From an uncultured virus (IMG/VR IMGVR_UViG_3300044712_001838) (lineage: Duplodnaviria; Heunggongvirae; Uroviricota; Caudoviricetes), in IMG/VR virus record IMGVR_UViG_3300044712_001838: DNA of 64,000 nt; one strand, given 5' to 3'. Each line of letters opens with the position of its first letter. Position 1 is the first letter of the stretch. Both the position numbers and the translations under genes were made by a program. The notes beneath the pieces are model-generated. The model worked only from the letters and a program-made list of their open reading frames with translations. It was not told the origin of the DNA and made no database searches. Of the stretch, positions 63,508 through 64,000 are shown piece by piece.

Positions 63508-64000
63508 ATGAACGGAAGCAGCGAACAGAACAACGCGACCGAAGTCGCCAGCAACCCCGCGCCGGAAGCGACCGCCGCGCAGACCGAAACCACTCAGACC
63601 GCGACGACCGCGCCCTCGGGCAAGGTGACGCATAGCCAGATCGCCAGCAAGCTCGGCATCGACCGCTCGATTGTCACCCGCGTCCTGAACGGCAAGAGCA
63701 ACAGCCCCAAGAAAGAACTGATCCTCGCGACCGCCGCCGAAATGGGCTACGTCGCCCCCATCGCCAGCGAGCAGGCGACCGCCAGCCAGCCCGAAGCGGC
63801 TCCCGAAGTCGCCGCGCAGACGGAAAACGCCGTCCCCGAAAACGCCGTCGCGGCTGACACCGCCCCCGAAGCGTCGACCGAAGTCGCCGCCCCGAAGGCG
63901 AAGCCCAAGAGCAAGGGCAAGAAGACCGCCAAGAAGGCGAAAGCCAAGAAGTTCCCGCACGCCGCCCCGCGTATGATGGTCAACGCCGACATTCTGGCGA
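63508..64000 (+). CDS. LacI-type HTH protein with Ala/Thr/Glu-rich and Lys-rich low-complexity regions (runs off window; not in ORF track)
   Basis: GGAGGGAG RBS; KVTHSQIASKLGIDRSIVTRVLNGK...ILATAAEMGY; KAKPKSKGKKTAKKAK. Confidence 0.8.
   Translation, partial: MNGSSEQNNATEVASNPAPEATAAQTETTQTATTAPSGKVTHSQIASKLGIDRSIVTRVLNGKSNSPKKELILATAAEMGYVAPIASEQATASQPEAAPEVAAQTENAVPENAVAADTAPEASTEVAAPKAKPKSKGKKTAKKAKAKKFPHAAPRMMVNADILA

Noticed and set aside
1..64000. Stop-codon reassignment (TAG recoding) as in some large phages
   Set aside because: Recognisable enzymes are full length in the standard code, genes tile tightly, and TAG, TAA and TGA all end genes right before the next start.

Overview
This window looks like part of a large (jumbo-type) bacteriophage genome: dense short ORFs, host-like auxiliary genes, and no rRNA, ribosomal-protein operons or recognisable virion genes. 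It has two distinct halves. The left half (1-32.7 kb) is almost all + strand, behind sigma70-like promoters. It carries PspA, a CCA-adding enzyme, CoaB, a CoaC-M23 fusion, an MBL hydrolase, an HD hydrolase, two radical SAM/SPASM enzymes, a stand-alone ClpC N-domain protein, an M23 peptidase, a ferritin-like/GNAT fusion, a class-3 lipase and a four-member paralog family. A repeat-rich non-coding gap follows (32.7-33.4 kb). The right half (33.4-63 kb) is a divergent array of roughly 70 small, mostly unknown genes. It is punctuated by about 54 copies (13 minus, 41 plus; counted by eye) of one motif, [AGTGCAA/AGTGTCA]-N6-TTAGG-N6-TTAGGAGCAGGCGAC. In 16 copies an ATG lies exactly 21 nt after the start of the second TTAGG, and most other copies show a pyrimidine-purine step there followed by an RBS. 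This points to a non-sigma70 promoter class with a fixed start site and many leaderless mRNAs. The motif also supplies the stop codon of about 31 upstream genes, and long identical copies sit in front of unrelated genes, suggesting a shufflable promoter-gene cassette array. Several structured non-coding RNA candidates, one tRNA-like, lie inside the array. All family calls come from motif recognition by eye, not database searches.
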